From: an uncultured Planctomycetaceae bacterium
GTDB taxonomy: Bacteria; Planctomycetota; Planctomycetia; Planctomycetales; Planctomycetaceae
DNA: 64,000 nt
Direction: 5' to 3'
Assembly (NCBI GenBank): GCA_963933195.1
Contig: CAWVUS010000001.1
Location: 9,079-73,078, forward strand
The translations under genes were made by a program, and so were the position numbers. The notes under the pieces were generated by a model that was not told the origin of the DNA, did not search any database, and saw only the letters and a program-made list of their open reading frames with translations. Shown in pieces: positions 49,933-61,764 of the stretch. The stretch's first letter is position 1. The number at the start of each line of letters is the position of its first letter.

Positions 49933-51063
49933 ATGGCCAAAAGCAAGACACGAAAAAAAGCCGCCGCGGACAACCCGGCGGGAATGCTCGACAACGCCCT
50001 CGGACAGATCGAACAGGCCTTCGGCCCCGGCTCGATCATGAAACTCGCCGACAATGCAAACCTCGAGATCGAGGGCATCAGCACTGGGGCCCTCTCCCTG
50101 GACCTGGCCCTCGGAGGCCAGGGCATGCCGCGAGGCCGCATCGTGGAACTCTACGGTCCGGAGTCCAGTGGCAAAACGACACTCGCACTGCACGTGATCG
50201 CCAATGCCCAGAAATCTGAAGGCATCGCCGCCTTTATCGATGCCGAACACGCGCTCGATCCATCCTGGGCCAAAAAACTTGGCGTCAATCTCGAAGAACT
50301 CCTCGTCAGCCAGCCGACCTATGGCGAGGAAGCTCTGCAAATCGCCGAGATGCTGATCAAGTCCAATGCGGTTGACCTGATCGTCATCGATTCAGTCGCC
50401 GCCCTGGTCCCCAAGACCGAACTCGATGGAGAAATTGGCGACACCCACGTCGGACTCCAGGCACGGATGATGAGCCAGGCCATGCGAAAGCTGACCGGAG
50501 CCATCGCCAAGAGCAAGAGTTGTGTGATCTTCATCAACCAGATACGAGAAAAAATCGGAGTCATGTTTGGCAGTCCCGAAACAACTCCCGGTGGACGTGC
50601 CCTGAAGTTCTACAGTTCAGCCCGGGTCGATGTCCGCCGTATTGCCACGCTCAAGGACGGCGACCTGGCCATCGGCATCCGGATGAAAGCTCGAATCGTC
50701 AAAAACAAGATCGCGCCTCCATTCCGGATCGCTGAATTCGACATGCTCAGCACCTGTGGCATCAGTCTCGAGGCCGATATTCTCGACATGGCTGTCGAGG
50801 ACCGTATTATCCAACGCAGTGGCAGTTGGTTCAGCTATGGCGAAACCCGCCTGGGGCAAGGCCGCGAAAAGGCCCGGGTGTGGCTGGTCGAGAACCCCGA
50901 CATGCTCGAGGAAATCCGTGCCAAGGTGCTCGTCGAGCGCGGCTTTGGACCTCAAGAGACCGCACCAGAGGCCGAGGCCGCCGAAACAATCGGAACCGAC
51001 GAGACGGCCGAAATCCCGGAAGCTCCGGCTGTGATCGAGTTGCCCGAGGCGGACGTGGCCTAG
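49933..51063 (+). CDS. recA: Recombinase RecA
   Basis: AAAGGAG SD before ATG 49933. [13 protein letters not shown], Walker [32 protein letters not shown], and [30 protein letters not shown]. Lys-rich N-terminal extension and acidic C-terminal tail. Confidence 0.95.
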   Translation: MAKSKTRKKAAADNPAGMLDNALGQIEQAFGPGSIMKLADNANLEIEGISTGALSLDLALGGQGMPRGRIVELYGPESSGKTTLALHVIANAQKSEGIAAFIDAEHALDPSWAKKLGVNLEELLVSQPTYGEEALQIAEMLIKSNAVDLIVIDSVAALVPKTELDGEIGDTHVGLQARMMSQAMRKLTGAIAKSKSCVIFINQIREKIGVMFGSPETTPGGRALKFYSSARVDVRRIATLKDGDLAIGIRMKARIVKNKIAPPFRIAEFDMLSTCGISLEADILDMAVEDRIIQRSGSWFSYGETRLGQGREKARVWLVENPDMLEEIRAKVLVERGFGPQETAPEAEAAETIGTDETAEIPEAPAVIELPEADVA

Positions 51064-51120
51064 CCGACGGACTTGGGTGGTCCCGTTGCAGTGGGTACGA
51101 TCAGGGGGGAGCCCCGTTCG

Positions 51121-52629
51121 ATGCGCAGCAGCGTGACAATCTTTGCGGCCCTCGTGCCGTTCCTGATCGGCCATTCGGCTGTCTCCGCCCAGGACACTTC
51201 CGTGCCGGCGGGAGCCTTGGCATTGGAACGTTCACTGGTCCAGGTGACCCGACGAGTCGAAGATTCCGTCGTGGCAATCGCCCGGTACCAGGTGGCGGGC
51301 TCCACACTCTCTCCCAATTCTCCAGGCGTGCCGCCTCCCACCGTGGACCCGGATCACCCCGACTTCATTCCCAATGAATACGGAACCGGGATCGTGGTGT
51401 CGGACCCCGACGATGCGACCCGGCGACTGGTCCTGACCTGTTTTCACGTTGTGACAGGGCCTCCGGTGGCGGCCGGCCGAAATCCAACCCACAAACTGCA
51501 CGTGCGGTTCTCCAACCGCCGCGGATGCCCGGCGAAGATCCTGGCCGCCGACCCCCGCAGCGACCTGGCCATCCTCGAACTCAATCCCGCTGATCTCAAG
51601 CAGGCCGGCCTTCAGGCTCGCTCACTGAAACCACTGACCATCAACGCCACTCCGTTACCCTCAAAGGGTCGCTTCGTTCTGCTACTGGGAAATCCGTTCG
51701 CGATCGCCCGTGACGGATCAGCGAGCGTCGGGTGGGCACTGATCAGCAACACTCGTCGCCACGCCGTGACTTCCGGAAATCGTCCCGGGGCCGAACATTC
51801 GATCCACCGACTGGGCACCCTGCTCCAACTCGACAAACGACTCAGGCACGGCACCAGCGGTGGCCCTGTTCTCGACCTCAACGGGCGTCTCCTGGGATTG
51901 ACCACGTCCATCACACCGCACGACGGAATCGACACCCCCGCCGGATTTGCCATCCCCCTGGACAAGCCCATCACGCGAATCATCAACACGCTCCGTAAGG
52001 GACTGGAGGTCGAATACGGGTTCCTGGGAGTGCAGCCCGACGATGTGTCCACCGGGCAACTTGCCGGATACAGTGGCGAGTTCGACCAACCAGGGGCAGC
52101 ACGTGCCGCACGCGTCTTTCGCGGGTCCCCGGCAGAACGGGCAGGGATTCGAGGTGGTGACCTGATACTGGCTGTCGACAAGGAACCGGTCCGGGATCGT
52201 TATGAATTGATGAGGCACGTCGAACTGGTCGGTCCCGGCCGCGAATTGACGCTTGAACTCTGGCGAGAAACGACACAGCGAAGAGTTCGTGTGAAGGCGA
52301 CACTGGGAAAATGGCCTCTCCCGGATCGCAGTGGCATGATCGCGTCCAAGCGACGTCATCCACCATGGCGAGGCCTTGACGTCGATTATCCGACCGGTCG
52401 ACGACGGTTTGTCCCCGATTCGTTCGAATTCCCCCGTGCGGTGGTGGTCACCGCAGTCCAGCCCGGCAGTTCCGCCGCCAAGGCGGGAATCGAATCCGGT
52501 GATTTCATAGAATCTGCTGCCGGACAGCGGACAGAAACTCCCGCTGAATTCTTCCGAGTGGTCAATTCCCGTCGTGACGGCGTATCGCTAAAACTACTCG
52601 ATGGACGACAGGTGACGCTGACCCCCTGA
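51121..52629 (+). CDS. HtrA/DegP-like S1C serine protease with two PDZ-like domains
   Basis: Signal peptide. Catalytic triad contexts are TCFHVV (His), SDLAILEL (Asp) and GTSGGPVLD (Ser). PDZ-like segments are GSPAERAGIRGGDLILAV and GSSAAKAGIESGDFI. Confidence 0.8.
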   Translation: MRSSVTIFAALVPFLIGHSAVSAQDTSVPAGALALERSLVQVTRRVEDSVVAIARYQVAGSTLSPNSPGVPPPTVDPDHPDFIPNEYGTGIVVSDPDDATRRLVLTCFHVVTGPPVAAGRNPTHKLHVRFSNRRGCPAKILAADPRSDLAILELNPADLKQAGLQARSLKPLTINATPLPSKGRFVLLLGNPFAIARDGSASVGWALISNTRRHAVTSGNRPGAEHSIHRLGTLLQLDKRLRHGTSGGPVLDLNGRLLGLTTSITPHDGIDTPAGFAIPLDKPITRIINTLRKGLEVEYGFLGVQPDDVSTGQLAGYSGEFDQPGAARAARVFRGSPAERAGIRGGDLILAVDKEPVRDRYELMRHVELVGPGRELTLELWRETTQRRVRVKATLGKWPLPDRSGMIASKRRHPPWRGLDVDYPTGRRRFVPDSFEFPRAVVVTAVQPGSSAAKAGIESGDFIESAAGQRTETPAEFFRVVNSRRDGVSLKLLDGRQVTLTP

Positions 52630-52689
52630 CTGCCTGACTGCCTCTGATTCCAGTAACGTCCCCCACCTCGTTTCGATCGACGACTCCCG

Positions 52690-55308
52690 ATGAAAACCGA
52701 CGAACTCCGCGAAAAATACCTCGAGTTTTTCGAGTCCCGGGGCCACACTCGCCGTCCCACCGACGTGCTGGTTCCTCCCGACGACCCGACCGTGCTGTTC
52801 ACTCCGGCCGGCATGAACCAGTTCAAGAACCAGTTCCTGGGAATTGGCCCGCTGGACTTTACCCGTGCGACCACATGCCAGATGTGCCTGCGAACCGGTG
52901 ACATCGGCAATGTGGGAGTCACCGCCTATCACCACACCTTCTTCGAAATGCTGGGGAATTTTTCTTTCGGCGACTACTTCAAGACCGAGGCCATCCAGTG
53001 GGCCTGGGAATTTCTCACCGGTGCCGACTGGCTGGCCCTCGATCCCAATCGCCTCACTGTCACCGTCTTTGCTGAAGACGACGAGGCGTTCAAGATCTGG
53101 AATGACGACATCGGGTTGCCCGATTCTCGTATACGACGCGACGATGAATACGAGAACTTCTGGCCAGCCGGGGCACCATCCAACGGTCCCGACGGTGTCT
53201 GCGGTCCCTGCAGCGAGATCTTTTTTGACACCGGCGAGGGAGAACCGGTGGAGATCTGGAACCTGGTGTTCACCCAATTCAACCGAATCGGCGATCCCCC
53301 GGACAACCTCCGGCCATTGCCCAAGCAGAACATCGACACCGGCATGGGACTCGAACGCATGGCCGCGGTCATGCAGGGAGTCCGCAGCAACTTCGAGATC
53401 GACATCCTGCGGGGACTGTGCGAGGCGGCCGGTGAAGTGGTGGGCGTCGACTACTCATTCGATGCCGAAGCCGGCCGGCCTTTGCGAAGAATCGCCGATC
53501 ACATTCGCGCCGTGACCTTCTGTATCCACGAGGGTGTCGAACCGGGCAACGACAAGCAGAGTTACGTGGTCAGACAGTTGCTGCGGCGAGCGATGCTCGA
53601 AGGCTATCTGATGGGTCGCCACGAGCCCTTCCTGCATCAACTGGTCCCCGCTGTGGTCACGGCAATGCAAGCCGCCTATCCCGACCTGGCCACGTCGGCC
53701 GACCCAGTCGCCAACGTCGTGCTCGAAGAAGAGAACCAATTCCTGGATATCGTCGAGCGTGGTGTCGCAAAGTTTCAGAAACTCGCCTCGTCAGCCGAGT
53801 CCGAAGGGCGAACCCGGATCAGCGGTGACGAGGCCTTTGACCTTCACCAGACCGACGGGTTTCTTGTGGAATTGACCGAGGCCCTGGCGGCGAGAACAGG
53901 ATTGACCGTCGACCGGGAACAATTCGACGCCCGTATGAAACAACACATGGCCGGAAGCGGTTCTGGCGCGTTTCTTGACAGCGTGATGGCAGCCGGTCCG
54001 CTCGATGAACTTCGCAACCGCATCGGTGGGACACAATTCGACGGCTACGACACCACCGACCAGAACGTGCAGGTCATGGGGATCATCGCCGGAGGCGAGT
54101 TGATCGAGAACTGGTCCGAGACCGGTGACACGGCAGTCGCCGCCATCGTACTCGACCGGTCTCCGTTTTACGGTGAGGCCGGTGGACAGGTGGGTGACAA
54201 TGGCCACCTGGGGGGCTCAGACACCTCGTTCCAGGTCACCGACACCCAACGCGATGGAGAACTGCTGTTGCACATTGGCTACCTGGAATCGGGAGCACTC
54301 TCGCCAGGCAACGAACTCACCGCCGGGGTCGACTCGCAGAGACGTGCAGGGATCCGGCGAGCCCACTCGGCAACTCACCTGCTGCACCACGCCCTGCACA
54401 CCGTCCTCGGGCACAACGCCATGCAGCGAGGGTCAAAAGTGGAACGAGATGCCCTGAGATTCGATTTCGCCCACAAGCAGCCAGTCACGGCTGAAGAGCT
54501 CCGAAAAATCGAGGACGTGATCAACTCGAGAATCGCCGAGGGAGCGGAGGTGACGACTGAAGTCATGGCACTCGAGAAGGCTCGAGAAGCCGGCGCGATG
54601 GCCCTGTTCGGAGAGAAATACCCCGACAATGTGCGGGTCGTCCAGATGGGCGACTTCAGTACCGAGTTGTGTGGCGGAACTCACCTGGTCAACACCGGAC
54701 AGGTCGGACTGTGCCGGATCATCTCTGAAGAACCGGTCGCCAAGGGAGTCCGGCGAATTTCGGCACTGACCGGGCCCAGGGCGCTCGAACAAATTCGCCA
54801 AACCGAGTCGGTCGTCAAGGCACTGTCTATCGCACTCAAGGCACCGCCCGAGGAACTTCTCGGACGGGTCGAGTCGTTGCAGGACGACCTCAAGGAGATC
54901 CACCGGCAACTCAAACAACACAGCCGCTCGGCCATAGCCGGAACAGCCGACTCCTTGATTGAGGATGCCGAGGTAATCGACGGCGTCCGGATCGTGGCCC
55001 ACCGTGCCGAGGGAGTCGACCGGGAGGGGTTGCGAGACTTTGCCGACCGGTTGCGGGACAAGGCGTCACCGGTGGCACTGATCGTGGCAGCCGAGGTCGA
55101 TGGCAAGGTCGCATTGACCGCAGCAGTCAGTCCCGAATTGCTCGAGCGGGGACTCAATGCCGGAGACTGCGTCCGTGCGGCAGCTCAGGCGGTCGGGGGC
55201 GGCGGCGGGGGACGTCCGGATCTCGCCGAAGCTGGCGGCAAGGACCCCAGCCGAATCGACGAGGCTCTGGAAGCCGGGGCTGCGGTCTACCGATCCACCC
55301 TGGCTTGA
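52690..55308 (+). CDS. alaS: Alanine--tRNA ligase
   Basis: [60 protein letters not shown], editing-domain [11 protein letters not shown] and CGGTH, and a C-terminal DHHA1-like [15 protein letters not shown]. Confidence 0.95.
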   Translation: MKTDELREKYLEFFESRGHTRRPTDVLVPPDDPTVLFTPAGMNQFKNQFLGIGPLDFTRATTCQMCLRTGDIGNVGVTAYHHTFFEMLGNFSFGDYFKTEAIQWAWEFLTGADWLALDPNRLTVTVFAEDDEAFKIWNDDIGLPDSRIRRDDEYENFWPAGAPSNGPDGVCGPCSEIFFDTGEGEPVEIWNLVFTQFNRIGDPPDNLRPLPKQNIDTGMGLERMAAVMQGVRSNFEIDILRGLCEAAGEVVGVDYSFDAEAGRPLRRIADHIRAVTFCIHEGVEPGNDKQSYVVRQLLRRAMLEGYLMGRHEPFLHQLVPAVVTAMQAAYPDLATSADPVANVVLEEENQFLDIVERGVAKFQKLASSAESEGRTRISGDEAFDLHQTDGFLVELTEALAARTGLTVDREQFDARMKQHMAGSGSGAFLDSVMAAGPLDELRNRIGGTQFDGYDTTDQNVQVMGIIAGGELIENWSETGDTAVAAIVLDRSPFYGEAGGQVGDNGHLGGSDTSFQVTDTQRDGELLLHIGYLESGALSPGNELTAGVDSQRRAGIRRAHSATHLLHHALHTVLGHNAMQRGSKVERDALRFDFAHKQPVTAEELRKIEDVINSRIAEGAEVTTEVMALEKAREAGAMALFGEKYPDNVRVVQMGDFSTELCGGTHLVNTGQVGLCRIISEEPVAKGVRRISALTGPRALEQIRQTESVVKALSIALKAPPEELLGRVESLQDDLKEIHRQLKQHSRSAIAGTADSLIEDAEVIDGVRIVAHRAEGVDREGLRDFADRLRDKASPVALIVAAEVDGKVALTAAVSPELLERGLNAGDCVRAAAQAVGGGGGGRPDLAEAGGKDPSRIDEALEAGAAVYRSTLA

Positions 55309-55316
55309 GACAACCC

Positions 55317-56327
55317 TCAGGCCAAGGCCACACCGCGACGCTGCAATTCTCCCAGGATTGTCTCGACCAGGTCGGTCACTGCCACCGGATCCACGTCCGA
55401 ACCACCGGCCATCATCGGTTCGACACCACACCCCTGCTCGGACAACAGCCCCTGCAACTTGTCGCTGAGTTTCTCGAGATCACTGACCAGGGCCGGGGTC
55501 TGGGGCTGACGGCCCTGGCCCATGCGAAATCCTCGCAACGACACCCCAAGACGAAACCCGTCGGGAAACTCCGGTCCGAGAATCATCGCATCAAAAAGGT
55601 TCACGAGGGCATACTGCACCTGGCGGGCCTCTTCGATTTTCCCGGCAACCGTCAAGTCGTAAAGCTTGCGAGTCACCTCGGGCACCACGCCAGAACTGGC
55701 ATTTGTGCCCCCGTCGCAACCGGCCAGCAACATGAGCATCAATGACGCGTCCCAACCGGTCAGGAACGAGAATTCCGGGCGGAGTGGCCGCACGGCCTCG
55801 ATCATGCGGATCATGTGTGGCAGGTCTCCGCTGGAATCCTTGATTGCCACCACTCTCTCGCACTCCTCGGCCAACCGGCACACCGTCGGTACATCGATCG
55901 GGGAAGCGAACATCGGGATGTTGTAGAGTGTGACATCGACTGGAGTGTTGCGAGCGATCTCACGGAAGTAAGCGTAGACCGCTTCTGGCCCCAGCCGATA
56001 ATAAAACGGCGCGACAATCGCGACAGCCCGAACGCCCAACTCGTGATAATACTCGCACGCCGCTATCGTCTCGCGAACGTTCGCCTCGGCCGCCCCCGCC
56101 AGAATCGGCACCCTCCCATCCACCTGGTCGGCGATTATCTCGACAATTCGACGTCGCTCTTCGACGGTGAATCGAGTGAACTCGCCCGTCGACCCGTTGG
56201 GATACAGTCCGTGTACACCCTGGGCGATCAGCCAATCGACATACCGCCGCAATTCCGATTCATTGATCTCACCCCGCTGATCCATGGGAACGAGATTCGG
56301 TGTAAAGATGCCTGTCAGTCTGCTCAT
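55317..56327 (-). CDS. Dihydrodipicolinate synthase/N-acetylneuraminate lyase family (class I aldolase) protein
   Basis: [11 protein letters not shown] (family GxxGE motif), YNIP, and the Schiff-base lysine context VAIKDSSGD. At 336 aa it is longer than canonical DapA, so the function is left at family level. Confidence 0.7.
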   Translation of the reverse strand: MSRLTGIFTPNLVPMDQRGEINESELRRYVDWLIAQGVHGLYPNGSTGEFTRFTVEERRRIVEIIADQVDGRVPILAGAAEANVRETIAACEYYHELGVRAVAIVAPFYYRLGPEAVYAYFREIARNTPVDVTLYNIPMFASPIDVPTVCRLAEECERVVAIKDSSGDLPHMIRMIEAVRPLRPEFSFLTGWDASLMLMLLAGCDGGTNASSGVVPEVTRKLYDLTVAGKIEEARQVQYALVNLFDAMILGPEFPDGFRLGVSLRGFRMGQGRQPQTPALVSDLEKLSDKLQGLLSEQGCGVEPMMAGGSDVDPVAVTDLVETILGELQRRGVALA

Positions 56328-56544
56328 GGCTCACTCGATCGATTGTCGGGTCACGGATTGGCCTGCTTCGGCCGTTGGTTCGAGCGTAACCGACCCATGG
56401 GTAGAACAGGGGCCTTGGGTCGGGTTTGACGCCGGAAACAGGGCAAGACGGGCCGGTTAGTCCAAGCCTGACGACTGGAACGATGGTAGGTACTGACGGG
56501 CCACGGTAGCGAAATCACAAGCCAGTGATTTTCCGCTTCGGCGA

Positions 56545-58134
56545 TCAGTCCTCCTGGTGAGAAACCGCCTCGTTCTCGACCGGGACCTTGCCCAGGACCC
56601 GGAGAACCGTGATCGTCGCCACCACTCCCACCGGCAGGCAGATCCACACCGGCACTCCCCAGCCAATCGGCAGGTATCCGACCACCAGCGACACGACAGC
56701 GACGACAAATGCGTAGGGAGCCTGTGTGCCCACATGGTCGAGATGATCACAACCGGCCGCGGCCGATGACAACACGGTGGTGTCGGAGATGGGCGAGCAG
56801 TGGTCACCAAAAATGGCGCCGGCAAGCACTGCTCCAAGAGTCCCCAACAACACCGGATCATCAGGAACTGGAGCACCAAGCAACTCCCAGGCAACCCGCA
56901 ACGAGATGGGAATCAAGAGAGCCATCGTCGAGAACGAGCTCCCGGTGGACAACGCAATGGCTGCAGCCAGAACGAATGAGAGTGCGGGCATCAGTTCCGC
57001 CGGAAGCCTGCGGCCAGACACCTCGACCAGGTAATCCGCCGTCCCCAGTGCTCCCTGGCCACAAACCGCTCCCAATCCCCACGCCAGGACCAGAATCCAC
57101 AGCGCCGCGAACATGCTGGCTCCACCACGAAACCACCCCACCAGCGTCTCTCGTCCCGACAGAGCCCCGGTCGCCAGGCTCATCACGACACTCGCCAGTG
57201 AAGCCAACACCGAGGCCCCCAGCATCACTTCCAGTGCTCCATCACTTCCCAGCCACGCCAGCCCTCCGACCAGCCCGCCCAGAAGCCCCATCAGGGGCAC
57301 CAGGGCATTTCGGACCAGCCCCCGCCGCACAATCCCTTCGGGAAGTTCGTCCAACGCGGGTGCCGCCGTGCTGCCGGTTCTCGACACTTCACCATCACTG
57401 ATTGCACGCTGTTCGGCCCGGGCCATCGGTCCGAAATCTCGCCCGGAACTGGCAACACTCCAGACAAAGACCAGCAACAGGATCGAATAGAAACGATATG
57501 GAATTGTTTTCACGAACAGCCAATACGCGTCAACATCCTGGCCAAGTTCGCGGTAGACATCTCCGATCAAGCTCACCTCGTAACCCACCCAGGTCGAAAT
57601 CAGTGCCAGCCCGGCAACCGGGGCCGCGGTGGCATCGACCAGGAACGCGAGTTTTTCGCGAGAGATCCGCAACCGATCAGTGATCGGCCTCATGGAGGTG
57701 CCCACGACCAGCGTGTTGGCGTAATCGTCAAAGAAAACGGCCAGGCCCAGGCCACACGTCAGCTTTTGACCGTGGCGACGGTCGCGACCGGGCCGAATCA
57801 ATCTCCCGATCACCGCCTGCATGGCACCGTTTCGAGTGATCACGCCAATCATCGTCCCCAGCAAAGTGGTGAACAACAGAATCAGCAGGTGTTCGTAGAC
57901 ATTCTCCGAATCACCGACCAAGTAGTCCCGGAAGAGCGCCACCAGCGCCTCAAGGACGTCACCCCGGGCCACGATCAACGAACCGGACATCACGCCGGTG
58001 AACAAGGCCCACCCGACCCGGCGAAAGACAACTGCCAAAAGAATTGCCAACAGGGGAGGCAACAGACTCCAGGCCCCCAGTGACTCAGAAGTCACATCGG
58101 CCAGCAACAGTGGCAACGTCTCCAATCGCATCAC
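56545..58134 (-). CDS. nhaC: Na+/H+ antiporter NhaC family membrane protein
   Basis: 529 aa with about 12 hydrophobic segments. VFFDDYANTLVVG and IFGDHCSPISDTT resemble NhaC-family conserved loops. Assigned by recall. Confidence 0.55.
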   Translation of the reverse strand: MMRLETLPLLLADVTSESLGAWSLLPPLLAILLAVVFRRVGWALFTGVMSGSLIVARGDVLEALVALFRDYLVGDSENVYEHLLILLFTTLLGTMIGVITRNGAMQAVIGRLIRPGRDRRHGQKLTCGLGLAVFFDDYANTLVVGTSMRPITDRLRISREKLAFLVDATAAPVAGLALISTWVGYEVSLIGDVYRELGQDVDAYWLFVKTIPYRFYSILLLVFVWSVASSGRDFGPMARAEQRAISDGEVSRTGSTAAPALDELPEGIVRRGLVRNALVPLMGLLGGLVGGLAWLGSDGALEVMLGASVLASLASVVMSLATGALSGRETLVGWFRGGASMFAALWILVLAWGLGAVCGQGALGTADYLVEVSGRRLPAELMPALSFVLAAAIALSTGSSFSTMALLIPISLRVAWELLGAPVPDDPVLLGTLGAVLAGAIFGDHCSPISDTTVLSSAAAGCDHLDHVGTQAPYAFVVAVVSLVVGYLPIGWGVPVWICLPVGVVATITVLRVLGKVPVENEAVSHQED

Positions 58135-58168
58135 TCACCGGCCCTGTAGCCTTTGTCAGTCGTCGACT

Positions 58169-58867
58169 TCAAGCCGAACGCGGCCAGGACACTCGGACAC
58201 ACAATCCGCTGGGCTCGTTCGGCTCGACCTCGATCTGTCCTCCCTGCAGATTGACGATCCGCCAGCACTTCGGCAACCCGAAGCCGAGCCCCCGGCCGGC
58301 CTGCCGCCCCGAGAAGAATGGATCAAAAAGGTGGCGTCGTGCTGTGTCATCCAGTCCGGGTCCCTCGTCACGAACCTCCAACACCACCGATTCACTGCCG
58401 GTAACGCTCACCAGGACCTCTCCCCCTTCCGTATCCGCCTCGAGGGCATTGGTCAACAATTCTGCGACCACCACCGACAATTGCACGGGATCGGCGAGAA
58501 TTGTCACCGGGCCGTTGTCGATCACCTGGACACGGCCCTCTCGTGACGCATGGCCGTCACACACTCCCCGGACCACGTCCACGACCGACGCGACAAGTTC
58601 GACCTCGCATGGCTCGGCAACAGGCGGTCGCGCGAACACCATGACATCGGAGATCATATCCCGAATCCGGTACGCCTGTCCGGCAATTGTCTCCAGGGCC
58701 TGTCGCCGGGCTGGATCGGTCTCATCACGCAAGAGCAACTGCACCCGCCCCACGATTGTCGCGACGGGATTGTTCAATTCGTGACCTGCACCGGCCGCAA
58801 ACTCGGCCAGAGATTCCAGTCGATCGTCGTCGGGAGCCACGGTGACGGGCTCGGGTTCCCCGCTCAT
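58169..58867 (-). CDS. Cytoplasmic histidine kinase without a recognisable sensor domain
   Basis: H-box FAAGAGHELNNPVATI, N-box ELLTNALEA, G1 VRDEGPGL, G2 GRGLGFGL. There are only about 25 residues before the H-box and no TM segment. Start set at ATG 58867 (GAGG upstream); a GTG at 58876 is possible. Confidence 0.8.
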   Translation of the reverse strand: MSGEPEPVTVAPDDDRLESLAEFAAGAGHELNNPVATIVGRVQLLLRDETDPARRQALETIAGQAYRIRDMISDVMVFARPPVAEPCEVELVASVVDVVRGVCDGHASREGRVQVIDNGPVTILADPVQLSVVVAELLTNALEADTEGGEVLVSVTGSESVVLEVRDEGPGLDDTARRHLFDPFFSGRQAGRGLGFGLPKCWRIVNLQGGQIEVEPNEPSGLCVRVSWPRSA

Positions 58868-58914
58868 CGAAGCCACCTCGTGACCAGACGGCCTCCAGAC
58901 AAAACCACCTGTCG

Positions 58915-59499
58915 CTAGGCGGGAACTTCGATGTCGAGCAAGTCACAAACGCGAGCGAACAAGGCATCGACCTCAAACGGTTTCTGCATGAAATCGTCGG
59001 CCCCCGCCTCCTTCAGATCGTCGATCTTGTCCGCCTCGACCATCCCACTGATGCAGATGATGCGAACGTCGTCGAGAGTCGAGTCACTGCGAACTCGCTG
59101 GCAGACTTCCTTGCCGTTGATGTCGGGCAACATCACATCCAGGACGATGACGTCCGGCTTGTATTCCTTGACCATCATGCCGGCGTCGAAACCGTTGTTG
59201 GCTACACGGACGTCGAATCGACCATCCGCATCGAAAACATCACGAATCAACTCGACCAATTCTTCATCGTCATCGACGATCAAGGCCTTGCGGCGGCCAC
59301 TCTCCAAGGCATCAGTCGGGATACCGTTGTCCTTCATGAAACGGTACAGCACGTCTCGCGGAATACGGCGAAACCGTGAACCGGGGACACGAAATCCCTT
59401 CAACTGGCCAGAGTCGAAACAGCGAATGATCGTCTGCTGTGAAACGTTACAGATCTTAGCCGCTTCACCGGTCGTGAAGACTGTCTTCATTGAATCCAT
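58915..59499 (-). CDS. Response regulator with N-terminal excisionase/MerR-type HTH followed by receiver domain
   Basis: FTTGEAAKICNVSQQTIIRCFDSGQLKGFRVPGSRFRRIPRDVL is the HTH. Then comes the receiver: ALIVDDDEEL ... PDVIVLDVMLPDING ... ICISG ... the conserved Lys context (QKPF). Start at ATG 59499 (AAGGA upstream) or 59490. Confidence 0.8.
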   Translation of the reverse strand: MDSMKTVFTTGEAAKICNVSQQTIIRCFDSGQLKGFRVPGSRFRRIPRDVLYRFMKDNGIPTDALESGRRKALIVDDDEELVELIRDVFDADGRFDVRVANNGFDAGMMVKEYKPDVIVLDVMLPDINGKEVCQRVRSDSTLDDVRIICISGMVEADKIDDLKEAGADDFMQKPFEVDALFARVCDLLDIEVPA

Positions 59500-59653
59500 C
59501 CGTTCCTTGAATGGGGCTGACGCCAAACCCGATCAGCATCGCTTCGTGCATTCGTATCCGAGTCAGCAAGCCTAGTCAGTCCATGGCCTGAAACTCGTAT
59601 CAAGCCGAAGCCTCTCCATGGCATCGATCTTGCCCTCTTTATCACAGGGGCCG

Positions 59654-59681
59654 ATTGTATCTATCTTCCAATGTCGGTCAA
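59654..59681 (-). promoter_or_regulatory. Candidate sigma70-type promoter for the regulator-kinase(-nhaC) string
   Basis: Minus strand reads TTGACC (59681-59676), 16-nt spacer, TACAAT (59659-59654), about 150 nt upstream of the regulator start. Confidence 0.35.
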
Positions 59682-59768
59682 TACCTATATCCCCCGCCAA
59701 GCCCCCCCAATGGCACATTCACACTTCACTTGCCTATTCCACCGCACCATCCCGCTCAACTCAATTGG

Positions 59769-61601
59769 CTACTCGGCCTCGACTGACACGGGCCGCTGGA
59801 GATGCACTAACAACAACGCGAGATCAGCCGGGGTGATCCCACTGATACGACCAGCCTGTCCCAGGTTGGAAGGCCGGACTCGTCCCAGTTTTTCACGCGC
59901 CTCGTTGCGAAGTTGAGGAACCGCGTCATAGTCGAAAGTGGTCGCAATCGCCACGTGTTCAGTTTTTTGTTGCTGGCGGATTGAAGCCTCCTGGCGCTTC
60001 AGGTAACCGGCGTACTTGGTTTCAATCTCGACCTGTTGAGCGGCTCGGGGATTGATCTCTTCAAGCGCCCCTCCGGATGGCAATTCACACAACGCCGTCC
60101 AGTCGATCTCGGGTCGGCGCAGAATCTGTTCGAGCGATTTTCCGTCGTGGCGGAGATCTTGAATCAGCCGCACGGCATGCTCGACGTCACCTTCATGCCG
60201 TTCCAGTTGCGTCAATCTCCGGGAATCCACCAGGCCCGCACGATGCCCGGCCCGTGTCAGGCGTCTATCGGCGTTGTCGTGCCTCAACAAAAGCCGGTAT
60301 TCGGCACGCGAGGTGAACATCCTGTACGGCTCATCAACCCCCCGGGTGACCAGGTCGTCGATGAGAACTCCAAGGTACGCCTGACTGCGATCGAGCACGA
60401 GCGGGGGTTGATCCGCCAATCGCAACGCGGCATTGGCTCCGGCCAACAGTCCCTGCCCGGCCGCCTCCTCGTAACCTGTGGTCCCGTTGAGTTGTCCGGC
60501 AAAATACAGTCCCGCGACAAGGCGGGTTTGCAGGGTGTTGTCCAGTTGGGTGGGCGTCGCGAAATCGTATTCGACCGCATACCCGTACCGCATGATCTCG
60601 GCCTGTTCGAGACCGCGCATCCCTCGTATCAGGTTGTCCTGGACGTCACGGGGCAGACTGGTCGAGATACCGTTGCAGTACACTTCGTGGGTGCCCCAAC
60701 CTTCGGGCTCCAGGAACACCTGGTGCGAGTCTTTCTCGGCAAACCGCACCACTTTGTCTTCGATCGACGGACAGTACCTGGGACCGGTCGAGTCAATTTG
60801 GCCACTGTACATCGGTGCCCGATGAAGGTTGTCGCGGATCAACTGGTGCCCGTCCGCGTTGGTCTCTGTCAACCAACAGCACAATTGTGGACGATCAATC
60901 GACTCGGTCAGAAAGCTGAACTGTTGTGGAGATGTATCGCCGGGCTGCTCTTCGAGACGGTCGATGTCCATCGTACGACCGTTGAGCCGTGGTGGAGTCC
61001 CGGTTTTGAACCGTTGGAGTTCAAACCCCAGCCGATGCAATTCATCGGAGAGCGTGCCAGTGGTGCCTTCTCCAGCGCGGCCTCCGGCGGTCTGAGCCTC
61101 GCCGGTGTGCATGATCGCCTTCAGGAACGTCCCCGTGGTGACAACAACAGCCGCGGCCCGATAGACCGCGTCACCGCGAACCCGGACCCCGGTGACCCGC
61201 TTGTTGTCGACGACCAGCCCCTCAACCATTTCCTGTCGCAGCACCAGATTCGGTTGGCTCTCGACCCGCAACTTCATGGCAAACTGGTAGGCTTTTTTAT
61301 CAGCCTGGGCCCTGGGGCTGTGCATCGCCGGACCTTTGCCCCGGTTGAGCATACGAAACTGCAACCCAGTCTCGTCGATCACCTCGCCCATCAATCCGCC
61401 CAGCGCATCGATCTCGCGTACGATCTGGCCCTTGGCGATCCCGCCAATAGCGGGATTGCAACTCATCTGTGCCACCGTGTCACAGTTCATTGTCAGCAAC
61501 GCGGTCCGTGCCCCCACGCGTGCCGCTGCCAACGCGGCCTCACAACCGGCGTGCCCGGCACCGACGACCACCACGTCGAAATCGTACCGTGCTCGACTCA
61601 C
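59769..61601 (-). CDS. mnmG: tRNA uridine 5-carboxymethylaminomethyl modification enzyme MnmG (GidA)
   Basis: YDFDVVVVGAGHAGCEAALAAAR FAD motif, SCNPAIGGIAKG, GPRYCPSIEDK, and GQLNGTTGYEEAAGQG. GTG start at 61601. Confidence 0.95.
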   Translation of the reverse strand: MSRARYDFDVVVVGAGHAGCEAALAAARVGARTALLTMNCDTVAQMSCNPAIGGIAKGQIVREIDALGGLMGEVIDETGLQFRMLNRGKGPAMHSPRAQADKKAYQFAMKLRVESQPNLVLRQEMVEGLVVDNKRVTGVRVRGDAVYRAAAVVVTTGTFLKAIMHTGEAQTAGGRAGEGTTGTLSDELHRLGFELQRFKTGTPPRLNGRTMDIDRLEEQPGDTSPQQFSFLTESIDRPQLCCWLTETNADGHQLIRDNLHRAPMYSGQIDSTGPRYCPSIEDKVVRFAEKDSHQVFLEPEGWGTHEVYCNGISTSLPRDVQDNLIRGMRGLEQAEIMRYGYAVEYDFATPTQLDNTLQTRLVAGLYFAGQLNGTTGYEEAAGQGLLAGANAALRLADQPPLVLDRSQAYLGVLIDDLVTRGVDEPYRMFTSRAEYRLLLRHDNADRRLTRAGHRAGLVDSRRLTQLERHEGDVEHAVRLIQDLRHDGKSLEQILRRPEIDWTALCELPSGGALEEINPRAAQQVEIETKYAGYLKRQEASIRQQQKTEHVAIATTFDYDAVPQLRNEAREKLGRVRPSNLGQAGRISGITPADLALLLVHLQRPVSVEAE

Positions 61602-61764
61602 ACCATCCCTTTCTGGACTGCAATCACGTGGCTTATCACTGCTGATCCCATCCGGGGACCGTCACACAACCTCGTCGCTGGCTTGAAACTCACGCCACAA
61701 ACCACATACTTCGGGTCTACCGCTTAGTTCCGATCGTCTCGAACCTCCAGAGAGGAGTCAACTG

